40,833 nucleotides of DNA from an uncultured Burkholderiaceae bacterium (GTDB lineage: Bacteria; Pseudomonadota; Gammaproteobacteria; Burkholderiales; Burkholderiaceae_C), in the NCBI GenBank assembly GCA_964622735.1, contig CAZUUN010000001.1:1-40833 (forward strand), read 5' to 3'. Position 1 is the first letter of the stretch; each line of letters starts with the position of its first letter. A program made the position numbers and the translations under genes. Below the pieces are notes generated by a model, which worked only from the letters and a program-made list of their open reading frames with translations, did not search any database and was not told the DNA's origin. Of this stretch, positions 29,675-39,374 are shown one piece after another.

Positions 29675-29709
29675 AAGTAGTAGGTGAATTTATTTTTCTG
29701 GAGTTCCCT

Positions 29710-30381
29710 ATGTTAGACGAGACCTTGGGCCAACTGGCTTGCCGCATACCCGGCGCCACGCAAGTCTTTCACCAATACCGCATGGATTTTTGCTGCGGCG
29801 GCAAGCAAACCCTGCGCGATGCGGCACGCAAAGGCCAAGTCGAGCCGGAAGAAGTCGAGCGCCAACTCCAAGCCATGCTGGCTTTAGGCAAAACGCAACA
29901 CGACTGGACCAAAGCCACAAACGCCGAGCTGATCGCACACATTCTTGAGCGCTACCACGCACGCCACCGTGAACAGTTGCCCGAACTCATCCGCTTGGCG
30001 CTCAAAGTCGAGCGCGTGCACGCCGACAAAGCCGACTGCCCCAAAGGCTTGGCCGCGCACCTCGAAACCATGCTGCAAGAGCTAGACAGCCACATGCAAA
30101 AAGAAGAACAAGTGCTCTTCCCCATGCTGGAACGCGCACCAGCCAGCGGCCCCGCACAAGGCCCCATCAGCGTGCTGCGCATGGAGCACGACCAACACGG
30201 TTTAGAAGTCGAAAAACTCGACGCACTGACCAACCACATCACGCCGCCAGCTGGCGCTTGCAACACTTGGCGCGCGCTCTACGCTGGTCTGACGCAATTC
30301 AAAGAAGACTTGATGCAGCACATCCACCTCGAGAACAATATTTTGTTCGTCGATCCGACCCACAAACCAGTCGTCCATTAA
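29710..30381 (+). CDS. ytfE: iron-sulfur cluster repair di-iron protein (RIC; YtfE/DnrN/NorA)
   Basis: 223 aa. ScdA_N motif YRMDFCCGG and hemerythrin-like His/Glu repeats (HHxxEE, HLENNILF). GGAG RBS at about 29699..29702. Confidence 0.9.
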   Translation: MLDETLGQLACRIPGATQVFHQYRMDFCCGGKQTLRDAARKGQVEPEEVERQLQAMLALGKTQHDWTKATNAELIAHILERYHARHREQLPELIRLALKVERVHADKADCPKGLAAHLETMLQELDSHMQKEEQVLFPMLERAPASGPAQGPISVLRMEHDQHGLEVEKLDALTNHITPPAGACNTWRALYAGLTQFKEDLMQHIHLENNILFVDPTHKPVVH

Positions 30382-30391
30382 GGGAGTATTT

Positions 30392-32629
30392 ATGGCGCAA
30401 TATAAAAAACTTTGGCTCATACTGCTCGGTGTCCTCATCGTCACCTTCGGCATTTTGGGCTATTACGGTAAAGAGGTTTACCGCCAGGCCCCACCTATAC
30501 CTGAGGTGGTGGCGACGCAAGACGGAACCGTGCTGTTTACCAAAGACAGCATCCTTGACGGCCAAACGGCTTGGCAATCAGTCGGCGGGATGCAGTTGGG
30601 CTCGATCTGGGGGCATGGCGCCTACCAAGCGCCCGATTGGACCGCGGACTGGCTGCACCGCGAGTTGGTGACTTGGCTGGACCTAGCCGCGCAACAACGC
30701 TATGGTCAGGGCTACGACACGCTGGATGCCGAACGCCAAGGCAATCTGCAAAGCGCACTCAAAGCCGAGTACCGTGGCAACCGCCCCGACGCAAACGGCA
30801 CGGTGACGGTATCGGCGCTGCGGGCACAAGCCATTGAAAAAACAGCGGCGCACTACACCGCCCTGTTTAGCGATGCGCCCGAGCTGCACAAAACGCGCGT
30901 GGCTTATGCCATGAAAGAAAACGCCATGCCCAGCGCCGAGCGCCGCGCGCAAATGGCTGGCTTTTTCTTCTGGACGGCTTGGGCGACTGCGACTGAACGC
31001 CCCGACCAAAAAGTCACTTACACCAACAACTGGCCCCACGAGCCGCTGATCGGCAATCAGCCTTCGGCTGAGAACATCGTTTGGTCCGTCATCAGCATCG
31101 CTTTGATGATGATGGGCGTCGGCTTCTTGGTTTGGGCTTGGTCTTTCTTGCAAAGCGAAGAGCCAAATCCCGTTGTACCTAAAACAGACCCGCTGCTCGG
31201 CATTGCGCTCACGGCTTCGCAAAAAGCCTTGGGCAAGTATGTGTTCTTGGTGATGGCGCTGCTGATCTTCCAAGTCTTCTTGGGTGCATTCACCGCGCAT
31301 TACACGGTCGAGGGCCAAGAGTTCTACGGCATTGATGTCTCGCAATACTTCCCCTACACGCTCACACGCACTTGGCACATACAGAGCGCTTTGTTCTGGA
31401 TTGCGACGGGCTTTTTGGCTGCGGGCTTGTTTTTGGCGCCCTATATCAATGGCGGCAAAGACCCCAAATACCAAGCGCAGGGCGTGAATATTTTGTTCGG
31501 CGCGCTGCTTGTAGTGGTAGTTGGCTCTTTTGCTGGCAACTACTTGGCGATTGCACAAAAAATGCCGCCAGACTTGAACTTCTGGCTGGGTCACCAAGGC
31601 TATGAATATGTCGATCTGGGCCGCTTGTGGCAAATCGGCAAATTTGTCGGCGTGGCATTCTGGTTGGTGCTGATGCTGCGCGGCATCCTGCCAGCGCTGC
31701 GCGCGCCTGGCGGTGCCGATCGCAATTTGCTCACGCTGTTTGCCTTCTCCGTCATCGCCATCGGCTTGTTCTACGCCAGTGGCTTCTTCTACGGCGAACG
31801 CACGCACTTGACCGTGATGGAATACTGGCGCTGGTGGGTGGTGCATTTGTGGGTGGAGGGCTTCTTTGAAGTGTTCGCCACGACCGCACTGGCCTTTATC
31901 TTCGCCACTTTGGGCTTGGTGTCTTTGCGTGCCGCCACGGCAGCAGCGCTGGCTTCGGCCTCGCTGTTCTTGCTCGGCGGCGTACCCGGCACTTTCCACC
32001 ACCTTTACTTCTCAGGCACTACCACACCAGTGATGGCTGTGGGCGCTTGCTTTAGCGCACTCGAAGTCGTGCCTTTGATCTTGATCGGCCACGAGGCTTG
32101 GCACAACTGGAGCCAAAGCCAGCGTGCGCCGTGGATGAATCGCCTGAAGTGGCCAGTGATGTGCTTTATTGCAGTGGCTTTCTGGAATATGTTGGGTGCG
32201 GGCGTCTTCGGCTTCCTCATCAACCCGCCTATTTCGCTCTACTACCTGCAAGGCCTGAATATGACACCTTTGCACGCACACGCGGCACTGTTTGGCGTCT
32301 ACGGCTTCTTGGCCATCGGCTTCACGCTCTTGATTCTGCGCTACCTGCGTCCGAACTTGGTGTTTGGCGAGCGTTTGATGAAAACCGCCTTCTGGGGTCT
32401 GAACATCGGCTTGGCGCTGATGCTCTTCACCAGCTTGCTGCCTATCGGTCTCTACCAATTCCACGCCAGCATCAGCGAAGGCTTGTGGTATGCGCGTAGC
32501 GAAGCCTTTATGCAACAAGACCATATGCAAACCCTGCGTTGGGTGCGCACTTTTGGTGATGTCGTCTTTATGGTCGGCGCACTGGCTTACGCTTGGCAAG
32601 TTGTTAAAGGCTTATTCCTCAAGTCTTAA
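30392..32629 (+). CDS. norB: quinol-dependent nitric oxide reductase, single-subunit qNor
   Basis: 745 aa. N-terminal TM plus periplasmic extension fused to a 12-TM heme-copper oxidase-like core. No norC gene. Same norR/norA-norB arrangement as described for Ralstonia eutropha. Confidence 0.92.
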   Translation: MAQYKKLWLILLGVLIVTFGILGYYGKEVYRQAPPIPEVVATQDGTVLFTKDSILDGQTAWQSVGGMQLGSIWGHGAYQAPDWTADWLHRELVTWLDLAAQQRYGQGYDTLDAERQGNLQSALKAEYRGNRPDANGTVTVSALRAQAIEKTAAHYTALFSDAPELHKTRVAYAMKENAMPSAERRAQMAGFFFWTAWATATERPDQKVTYTNNWPHEPLIGNQPSAENIVWSVISIALMMMGVGFLVWAWSFLQSEEPNPVVPKTDPLLGIALTASQKALGKYVFLVMALLIFQVFLGAFTAHYTVEGQEFYGIDVSQYFPYTLTRTWHIQSALFWIATGFLAAGLFLAPYINGGKDPKYQAQGVNILFGALLVVVVGSFAGNYLAIAQKMPPDLNFWLGHQGYEYVDLGRLWQIGKFVGVAFWLVLMLRGILPALRAPGGADRNLLTLFAFSVIAIGLFYASGFFYGERTHLTVMEYWRWWVVHLWVEGFFEVFATTALAFIFATLGLVSLRAATAAALASASLFLLGGVPGTFHHLYFSGTTTPVMAVGACFSALEVVPLILIGHEAWHNWSQSQRAPWMNRLKWPVMCFIAVAFWNMLGAGVFGFLINPPISLYYLQGLNMTPLHAHAALFGVYGFLAIGFTLLILRYLRPNLVFGERLMKTAFWGLNIGLALMLFTSLLPIGLYQFHASISEGLWYARSEAFMQQDHMQTLRWVRTFGDVVFMVGALAYAWQVVKGLFLKS

Positions 32630-32692
32630 AGCACTGAAAGCCAAGAGCAGCACCTAGGCCGCAAGGCCCAAGCGCTGCCTCTCACACCTAGC

Positions 32693-32724
32693 AAAAACCG
32701 CAATCTTTGCGGTTTTTTGCTTTC
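32693..32724 (+). terminator. rho-independent terminator after norB
   Basis: AAAACCGCAA-tct-TTGCGGTTTT followed by TTGCTTTC. Confidence 0.8.
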
Positions 32725-32796
32725 TGCGTCGTCGCAGCTTCATAGCTACGGTGTATATTGCCTACTTCCCCCACCCCTAGCAGCTTCAGAGAGTTT

Positions 32797-34290
32797 ATGA
32801 AACAACGAGTTAAGGCATACACTTGGATCGCAGTCGGCACCCTTGCCGGCGCTTTGGCGACCATGTCGGTTCAGTCCGTCGCGCGCAATGCCCGTGGCGA
32901 TTTGCCACTCGAAGAAATGCAGCGTTTTGCCCGCGTTTTCGAAACCATCAAAGGCAACTATGTCGAAACGGTAGATGAGAAAAAGCTCATCAACGACGCC
33001 ATCAAGGGCATGGTCACCAGCCTGGATCCGCACTCGACCTACTTTGATGCCAAGGGCTTGAAAGAATTCAACGAAGGCGTGTCTGGCAGCTTTGTCGGCC
33101 TCGGCATAGAAATCACGCAAGAAGACGGCTATGTCAAAGTCGTCTCGCCCATCGAAGGCTCGCCCGCTTTCCGCGCGGGCCTCAAGTCAGGCGACTTGGT
33201 CACCAAAATTGACGATGTGAATGTGCGTACCCTGTCGCTGAACGAAGCGGTTAAACGCATGCGCGGCGAGCCCAACACGCAAGTGCGCCTGAACATCGAG
33301 CGCAAAGCTGAGAACCGCAACTTCAGCGTCACGATCACACGCGAGTTGATCAAAACTTTCTCGGTCAAAAGCAAGATGATTGAGCCAGGCTATGGCTGGG
33401 TACGCATCACGCACTTCCAAGAGCGCACGGTGCAAGACTTTGCGACCCAAGTCACCAGCTTGTACCAAGCAGACCCGAAGATGAAGGGTTTGGTCTTGGA
33501 TTTGCGCAACGACCCGGGCGGCTATTTGCACTCGGCGGCGGCGATTTTGTCGGCCTTTTTTGACAAGCCCGTCACTGTCGTGTCAACCAAAGGACAAATG
33601 AGCGGCACGAACGAAACCATGACGACCGCGCCCGGTTCCTTCCCGCGCGAAGACTACGAAGCGATTGCCGCCATGAGCAAAGCCACGCGCAATATGCTGC
33701 ACAGCATACCGGTGGTGGTGTTGGTCAATGAAGGCTCAGCCTCGGCCAGCGAGATCGTGGCCGGCGCTTTGCAAGACCACAAACGCGCCACCTTGATTGG
33801 CAACCAAACTTTTGGCAAAGGCTCGGTGCAAACCGCGGTGTGCTTAGACGAGGGCAACCAGTCTATGCAAAGCTGCAAAAACGCCGGCTTGAAGCTGACC
33901 ATCTCGCGCTACTACACACCATCGGGCAAGTCGATACAGGCCAAGGGCATCGTGCCCGATTATTTTGTCGACGAGTCTGAAAGCGGCGATCCGTTTGCGA
34001 TTTTGCGTTACCCACGCGAGGCCGATTATTTGCGCCACATCAGCAACGGCCAAGGCAGCGAGATCGACACCAAAGCGCTGGACCAAGAGCGCGAAGCCGC
34101 GCGCAAACGCATGGAAGCCGAAAGCTGCAAGCCCGAAGACCAGCGTTATAAATCGCCCGATTTGGGCAGCGACAAAGACTTCCAACTCTTGCAAGCCATA
34201 GGCAAACTGCAAGGCAAGCCCGTCGTCGTCAGCAAAGCGCTGATGGAACGCAAAGAGAGTAAGAAAACCGAGTCGGAAGACGAAGAGTAA
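32797..34290 (+). CDS. ctpA: S41 family carboxy-terminal processing protease
   Basis: ATG at 32797 (MKQRVKAYTWIAVG). PDZ segment GLGIEI...GSPAFRAGLKSGDLV. Catalytic GSASASEIVAGALQD and FGKGSVQ. Confidence 0.9.
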   Translation: MKQRVKAYTWIAVGTLAGALATMSVQSVARNARGDLPLEEMQRFARVFETIKGNYVETVDEKKLINDAIKGMVTSLDPHSTYFDAKGLKEFNEGVSGSFVGLGIEITQEDGYVKVVSPIEGSPAFRAGLKSGDLVTKIDDVNVRTLSLNEAVKRMRGEPNTQVRLNIERKAENRNFSVTITRELIKTFSVKSKMIEPGYGWVRITHFQERTVQDFATQVTSLYQADPKMKGLVLDLRNDPGGYLHSAAAILSAFFDKPVTVVSTKGQMSGTNETMTTAPGSFPREDYEAIAAMSKATRNMLHSIPVVVLVNEGSASASEIVAGALQDHKRATLIGNQTFGKGSVQTAVCLDEGNQSMQSCKNAGLKLTISRYYTPSGKSIQAKGIVPDYFVDESESGDPFAILRYPREADYLRHISNGQGSEIDTKALDQEREAARKRMEAESCKPEDQRYKSPDLGSDKDFQLLQAIGKLQGKPVVVSKALMERKESKKTESEDEE

Positions 34291-34354
34291 ACCAGAGCGG
34301 CTAGCTGTGAGCAGTGCTTAGCCCTTGCGTTGATTCAGAGATTCAGCGCATTAA

Positions 34355-34419
34355 TGCTATTTATTTAATAGCTGCTCAGGCAGGTTTGATAGGCCTTACA
34401 GGCATTATTTGCTTAAAAT
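34355..34419 (-). repeat. dispersed intergenic repeat, copy H (long form)
   Basis: Core at 34369..34394; its reverse complement is GCCTATCAAACCTGCCTGAGCAGCTA. Lies between ctpA and queC. Confidence 0.9.
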
Positions 34420-34453
34420 TTAAGCTTTTTATTCATTTTCATTTGATTCAGGC

Positions 34454-35188
34454 ATGTTAGCTGCAGCGTCAGGCGCAAGCGCCTTGGTATTGTTCTCGGG
34501 CGGTCAAGACTCCACCGTTTGTTTGGCTTGGGCGCTGACGCGCTATGCGCGGGTCGAGACCATAGGCTTCAACTACGGCCAGCGCCACGCGGTTGAAATG
34601 GAATGCCGCCTGCGCATTCTGCAAAAAATCCGCAGCCAGTTTCCGCAGTGGGCGCACAAGCTGGGCGAAGACCATGTCTTGCCCATACCCGTTTTGGGCG
34701 CGATGAGCGAGACTTCGCTCACGCGCGAGGTCGAGATCCACATGAGCAGCTCGGGCCTGCCCGACACCTTTGTGCCGGGGCGCAATTTGCTCTTTCTCAC
34801 TTTGGCGGCGGCGCTGGCTTACCGGCGCGGCTTGACGGCCTTGATCACGGGCGTGTGCGAGACCGACTACTCAGGCTACCCCGATTGCCGCGATGCCACC
34901 ATGCGCGCGATGGAGCACACGCTCAACCTCGGGATGGAGGCCCATTTTGAAATCCACACACCGCTGATGTGGCTGACCAAGGCGCAAACATGGCGTTTGG
35001 CGCAACAGCTAGGCGGCGCGCCCTTGGTCGATTTGATTTTGGAAGACAGCCACAGCTGCTATATGGGCGAGCACAGCACGCGGCACGCTTGGGGCTATGG
35101 CTGCGGCACTTGCCCCGCGTGCGAGTTGCGCGCCCACGGCTGGCAGCTATGGCAAAGCGGCCAAGCCGCGCCGCTGCCGGGCACTTAA
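34454..35188 (+). CDS. queC: 7-cyano-7-deazaguanine synthase
   Basis: 244 aa. [11 protein letters not shown]-loop and C-terminal Zn-binding Cys cluster (CGTCPAC). Confidence 0.93.
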   Translation: MLAAASGASALVLFSGGQDSTVCLAWALTRYARVETIGFNYGQRHAVEMECRLRILQKIRSQFPQWAHKLGEDHVLPIPVLGAMSETSLTREVEIHMSSSGLPDTFVPGRNLLFLTLAAALAYRRGLTALITGVCETDYSGYPDCRDATMRAMEHTLNLGMEAHFEIHTPLMWLTKAQTWRLAQQLGGAPLVDLILEDSHSCYMGEHSTRHAWGYGCGTCPACELRAHGWQLWQSGQAAPLPGT

Positions 35189-35266
35189 AGCGCCCACACA
35201 CCCAAGGGCACCCCTATTCGGCCCATAATGGGCGCATCTAGCGACAAACAGGACACAGCTTGCAGC

Positions 35267-35605
35267 ATGATTAAACATTTAGTAATTTGGCGTTTGAAAG
35301 ACGAAGCGGCGGGCAATGACCGCGCCACGAATTCGCGCTTGATCAAAGAAAAACTGAAAGCGCTGCGCGGTCAAATTCCCGGCTTGGTCAAGCTCGAAGT
35401 CGGCATAGAGGGCGATAGCAACAACCCCGAGCAAGGCCATGTCGTGCTCTATTCGGTGTTTGAGAGCCGCGTGGCACTGCAAGCCTATAGCAGCCACCCA
35501 GCGCACAAGGCGGTCGCTGCTTTTATCAAAGAAGTGGCGAGTGAGCGCCGCGTGATTGATTACGAAGTCTTCGCCGCTGAGAGCCCCAGCCGCGCGCCGC
35601 GTTAA
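35267..35605 (+). CDS. Dabb (stress-responsive A/B barrel) family protein
   Basis: ATG at 35267. MIKHLVIWRLKDEAAGN...HPAHKAV, about 112 aa, a typical Dabb fold pattern. Confidence 0.65.
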   Translation: MIKHLVIWRLKDEAAGNDRATNSRLIKEKLKALRGQIPGLVKLEVGIEGDSNNPEQGHVVLYSVFESRVALQAYSSHPAHKAVAAFIKEVASERRVIDYEVFAAESPSRAPR

Positions 35606-35624
35606 ACACTTGATTGCCCGCCGC

Positions 35625-37220
35625 TCAGCCCAAGCTGCTGTGCGGCAGCGCTGGCAGCGCCAAACGCTCTTGCGCCAGCCCAGCAGCAAAAGCTTGGCGC
35701 CACGGCGGTAATGCCGCTGCCAGGTCGGCGCCCAAACCACGCACCAAACACACCGCTTGCGCGCCCGTGCGCGCGACTTGCGTCGCCTGGGCATAATCCA
35801 GCACGCCGCCTATGCCCACCACCGGGCAGCCCGCCATATGTGCCCACCAAGTCAAATTGTCTAAGCCTTGCGGCAGCCATGGCATGTCTTTGGTCGTTGT
35901 CGGCCAGACGGGTCCACAGGCAATATAGGCAGGAGCGATGCTACGCGCACGCGCTAACTCCCACAGGCTGTGGCTGCTCAGACCAAGCTTGACTGGCTCC
36001 TTTAGCAGCGCATGGCGCGCTGCACTGCTAAGCAGCTGCCAATCTTCTTGGCCCAAATGCAGACCCGGCGCGGCGGCTTGCATGGCCTGCTCACTGTGGT
36101 CGTTGATAAACAAATCAGCGCCAGCCGCACGCGCCATGGCAACCGCCGCCCGGATGTCTTGCGCCAACTGGGTGTGCCAAGCGGCATCAGCCGCAGCCGG
36201 TGTTTTGATGCGCAGCTGCACCAGCTGGGCACCCGCCGCTAGGACTTGTTCCAAACGCGGCAAGCTATCAACCAAAACATAAACATCGCGCGCTAATGCA
36301 GACGCATGACCCAAACGCTCGCTGTATCGCGGCGTGCATACAGCGGGCAACTCCTCACCCCAACCCATATAGGGCATGTGCTGCGGCTGCGTCGCAAAGC
36401 CCGCTTGCGCTTGCGCATGCACAGGCCCAGCGCCGCTACCCGCCGCGTAGGCATGCTCTAGCGCGTGACTCGTCGCCATTTTGGCTAAGACCAAAGCATC
36501 AGCCGCCACAAAGCCTAAGGCTAAGGCAGCCGCGATGCTAGTCGCAAAAGTGCAGCCCGTGCCATGGTTGTGTGGCGTCGGCAAACGCGGCAACGCCATA
36601 TAGCCGCTGGCTTGCGGGCTGTGCACCCAATCGAGGGCCCAAGCGCCCACAGCGCTATCGCCACCGGTGATGCAGATCGATTGCCAACTTTTTAGCCCAG
36701 GCCAGTGGGGTGTACTGGCTGCATGCACCGCTGCGCCTGCGCGCAGATAGGGCCGCAGACGCGCCACTTCGTTCGCATTGGGTGTAAACACATGCGCGTG
36801 CGGCAGCAGCTCCTGCACATAAGCTTGCAACAGTGCCTCGTCTGCCAAGTCTTTGCCCGTGCTCGCAGCCAAAACTGGATCCACCACCAGTTGCAATTGC
36901 GGCTGGCGCTCACGCAAGCGCGTTACCCACTGCACGACCACACGCACATTCTCGGCACTGCCCAGTAAACCAGTCTTGATGACAGCAGGCGGCATGTCCT
37001 CGGCCAAAGCTGCCAATTGCGCGTGCAGCAGCTCAGGCGCCTCCGGTTGCACTTGCGTGATGGCTTGCGAGTTTTGTGCGGTGATGGCGGCCACGACTGG
37101 GCACAGGTGCACGCCAAAGGCAGCCGCTGCGCGCGCGTCAGCGCTGAGACCCGCGCCGCCGCCCGAGTCATTGCCGGCAATGCTCCAGATTATGGGTTTG
37201 GCTGTGGGCGCCTTGGTCAC
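35625..37220 (-). CDS. thiDE: bifunctional hydroxymethylpyrimidine/phosphomethylpyrimidine kinase (ThiD) fused to thiamine-phosphate synthase (ThiE)
   Basis: 531 aa, GTG start. The N-terminal half (IWSIAGNDSGGGAGLSAD...ITAQNS...HNHGTGCTFATSIAA) is ThiD-like. The C-terminal half (YVLVDS...LVQLRIK...GLHLGQED...GLSSHS...YIACGPVWPTTTK...VVGIGG) is ThiE-like. Confidence 0.85.
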   Translation of the reverse strand: MTKAPTAKPIIWSIAGNDSGGGAGLSADARAAAAFGVHLCPVVAAITAQNSQAITQVQPEAPELLHAQLAALAEDMPPAVIKTGLLGSAENVRVVVQWVTRLRERQPQLQLVVDPVLAASTGKDLADEALLQAYVQELLPHAHVFTPNANEVARLRPYLRAGAAVHAASTPHWPGLKSWQSICITGGDSAVGAWALDWVHSPQASGYMALPRLPTPHNHGTGCTFATSIAAALALGFVAADALVLAKMATSHALEHAYAAGSGAGPVHAQAQAGFATQPQHMPYMGWGEELPAVCTPRYSERLGHASALARDVYVLVDSLPRLEQVLAAGAQLVQLRIKTPAAADAAWHTQLAQDIRAAVAMARAAGADLFINDHSEQAMQAAAPGLHLGQEDWQLLSSAARHALLKEPVKLGLSSHSLWELARARSIAPAYIACGPVWPTTTKDMPWLPQGLDNLTWWAHMAGCPVVGIGGVLDYAQATQVARTGAQAVCLVRGLGADLAAALPPWRQAFAAGLAQERLALPALPHSSLG

Positions 37221-37229
37221 TGGGCCGCC

Positions 37230-38039
37230 TCAAGGCAAAAGAAAAGGATTACCTGTCACCGGCGTGCTGGCTACTGCATAGTCTTGCCGCGCCATCACAC
37301 CGGCACGGTAGGCGCTGCGGCCCGCCTCTATCGCTTGTTTAAAAGCCTGTGCCATCAAGACCGGCTGCGCCGCTTGGCTAACGGCTGAGTTCAGCAACAC
37401 GGCATCAAAACCCATTTCCATCGCTTGCGCCGCATGGCTGGGCGCCCCTATGCCAGCATCAATGATCAAAATCGCCTCTGGCAAACGCGCCCGCAAAGTG
37501 CGCAAAGCATAGGGGTTGATCAAACCTTGGCCTGAACCTATGGGCGCGCCCCAAGGCATGAGCAAGGGGCAGCCGACATCAAGCAAACGGCGGCAGGTGA
37601 CCAAATCATCGGTGCAATAAGGAAAGACCGTAAAGCCCTCGCGCACCAATTCAGCCGCCGCACTGATCAACTCAATCGGATCAGGCTGCAAGGTGTAGTC
37701 ATCGCCCACAACTTCGAGCTTGACCCAGTTTGTGCCATAGAGTTCACGCGCCATATGGGCCAGTTGCACGGCCTCGCGCGCGCTGCGGCAACCGGCAGTA
37801 TTGGGCAATAAGCGCGCACCGTGCAAGGCCAAGTTGTCGCGAATAATTTGGACAAAACCGTTGTCACCGGCAACCGCCAATTGGCGCTTGAGCCCCACGG
37901 TCACAATCTGCGCCGCGCTCACGCGCATGCTGTCGGCTAGCGCTTGGGGCGAGGGGTAGCCCGCCGTGCCGAGTAAAAAGCGGCTGGTGAGCGTGACACC
38001 ATCGATCTGCCAGTGGTCTGCTGAAGTTTGCTGCTGCAC
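37230..38039 (-). CDS. thiG: thiazole synthase
   Basis: 269 aa, GTG start. WQIDGVTLTSRFLLGTAGYPS, LLPNTAGC, LMPWGAPIGSGQG. Confidence 0.93.
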   Translation of the reverse strand: MQQQTSADHWQIDGVTLTSRFLLGTAGYPSPQALADSMRVSAAQIVTVGLKRQLAVAGDNGFVQIIRDNLALHGARLLPNTAGCRSAREAVQLAHMARELYGTNWVKLEVVGDDYTLQPDPIELISAAAELVREGFTVFPYCTDDLVTCRRLLDVGCPLLMPWGAPIGSGQGLINPYALRTLRARLPEAILIIDAGIGAPSHAAQAMEMGFDAVLLNSAVSQAAQPVLMAQAFKQAIEAGRSAYRAGVMARQDYAVASTPVTGNPFLLP

Positions 38040-38054
38040 GAGTCTGCCTGTCTT

Positions 38055-38936
38055 TCAATAAAAACCCGCTTGCCCTGCTGGGCGCGTTTTAAAACGCTTA
38101 TGTACCCAATAGTACTGCGCGATGCCGTAGCGTTCTATCAGCGCTTCTAATTCTTGGTTCATGCGCAGGGTATCGCGGTAGGCGTCAGCGCTGGGGTAGT
38201 TGTCCCAAACCGCCGACACTTCTATGTCATAGCCATGCGGGCGCAGCACCGTCACCATGGACACGACCTGCGCTTGCCCGAGCTGCGCAAAGCGCGGCAA
38301 AGCGGGTGCGGTGGCTGCTGGCACACCGAAGAAAGGCACAAAGGATTCGGCTTTGTCAGTCGCGCCGCCTAAATCCATATCGGGCAATAAATACAAGATC
38401 GATTTGTCTTTGCGCAGTGCCGAGACCACCGAGCGTATCGGCGCGGTGCGATCCACCACATGCAAATTGCCAAAGCGTTTGCGACCCGCCAGCACCCACG
38501 CATCCATTTGCGGATTGCTTTGCCGTGAATAAATGCTGGTGAAGTCGCGCCAGCGCGCCATCCCTAGCGCCACGCCACCAGCGTCTAAGCCCATAAAGTG
38601 CGGCGCGAATACCACCAGTGCTTCTTGCCCTTGCAAGGGACTCAAGTCGCCATGCCAATGCAAGCGTTTTGCCAATATCGCTTCGCTGCCATGCCACAAC
38701 CAACTGCGGTCTAACCAGCTTTGTGCAAAATGCACGAATACGGCGCGTGTTTGTTGTTGGCGCTCAGCCGCGCTCATGGCTGGAAAACACAAACGCAAAT
38801 TGGTGAGCACCACATGGCGGCGCTTGCGTGCCACGAGGTAGAGCACCTGACCAAACAGCGCGCCCAAAAAACGCAGCAAAGGCAAGGGCAAATGCGCCAA
38901 TGCGCGCATGCCAAGCAAACCGAGCTGAACCCACAT
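38055..38936 (-). CDS. lipid A biosynthesis late (lauroyl/myristoyl) acyltransferase, LpxL/HtrB family
   Basis: 293 aa. N-terminal anchor and acyltransferase H-x4-D motif in APHFMGLDAGG. Confidence 0.8.
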   Translation of the reverse strand: MWVQLGLLGMRALAHLPLPLLRFLGALFGQVLYLVARKRRHVVLTNLRLCFPAMSAAERQQQTRAVFVHFAQSWLDRSWLWHGSEAILAKRLHWHGDLSPLQGQEALVVFAPHFMGLDAGGVALGMARWRDFTSIYSRQSNPQMDAWVLAGRKRFGNLHVVDRTAPIRSVVSALRKDKSILYLLPDMDLGGATDKAESFVPFFGVPAATAPALPRFAQLGQAQVVSMVTVLRPHGYDIEVSAVWDNYPSADAYRDTLRMNQELEALIERYGIAQYYWVHKRFKTRPAGQAGFY

Positions 38937-38938
38937 GA

Positions 38939-39331
38939 CTAGGCTTTACCCACCCGCAAGCGCAGGCGGATGTAGCTGGCCAATGCCACGAACAAAGCCA
39001 CGCCCAGCGAGAGCTCTAGCCACGCCAGCTGCTGCCCCAGCCCCGTGTCTGACCACAAGCGCACGCCGCCCTCAGCCACATAGAGCCAGACCAACAAACT
39101 GAGCCAGCGGTAGGTATAGAGTTTGTGTTTGAGCAAGCCCGCCAAAGCCAAGCACAAGGGCAGCACTTTGATCACGAGGGTGGAGCCGCCCGCGCGCACC
39201 GGTGCCCACTGCCACTCCCAGCCCACGCCCAGCACAATCAATGCTAAAGTCAAGCTCAAACTCAAGATGCGCAGTTGCGCGATACGCCGCGTTTGCGCTG
39301 GTATGTGGGTCAATGTTGGTGTATCAGGCAT
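38939..39331 (-). CDS. DUF2069-like small integral membrane protein
   Basis: 130 aa from the ATG at 39331, 4 TM. WEWQWAP...YRWLSLLVWLYVAEGGVR pattern. Its stop codon is 2 nt from the lpxL start. Confidence 0.5.
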   Translation of the reverse strand: MPDTPTLTHIPAQTRRIAQLRILSLSLTLALIVLGVGWEWQWAPVRAGGSTLVIKVLPLCLALAGLLKHKLYTYRWLSLLVWLYVAEGGVRLWSDTGLGQQLAWLELSLGVALFVALASYIRLRLRVGKA

Positions 39332-39374
39332 CAATTAAAAATCCATCAGACAGACTAAAAATACTGCCACAGAC

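Noticed and set aside
37864-38058. A 64-aa minus-strand ORF overlapping the thiG start, considered as a candidate thiS.
   Set aside because: It overlaps thiG and the lpxL end in another frame. It is Arg/Ala-rich, and it lacks the ThiS beta-grasp pattern and the obligatory C-terminal Gly-Gly.
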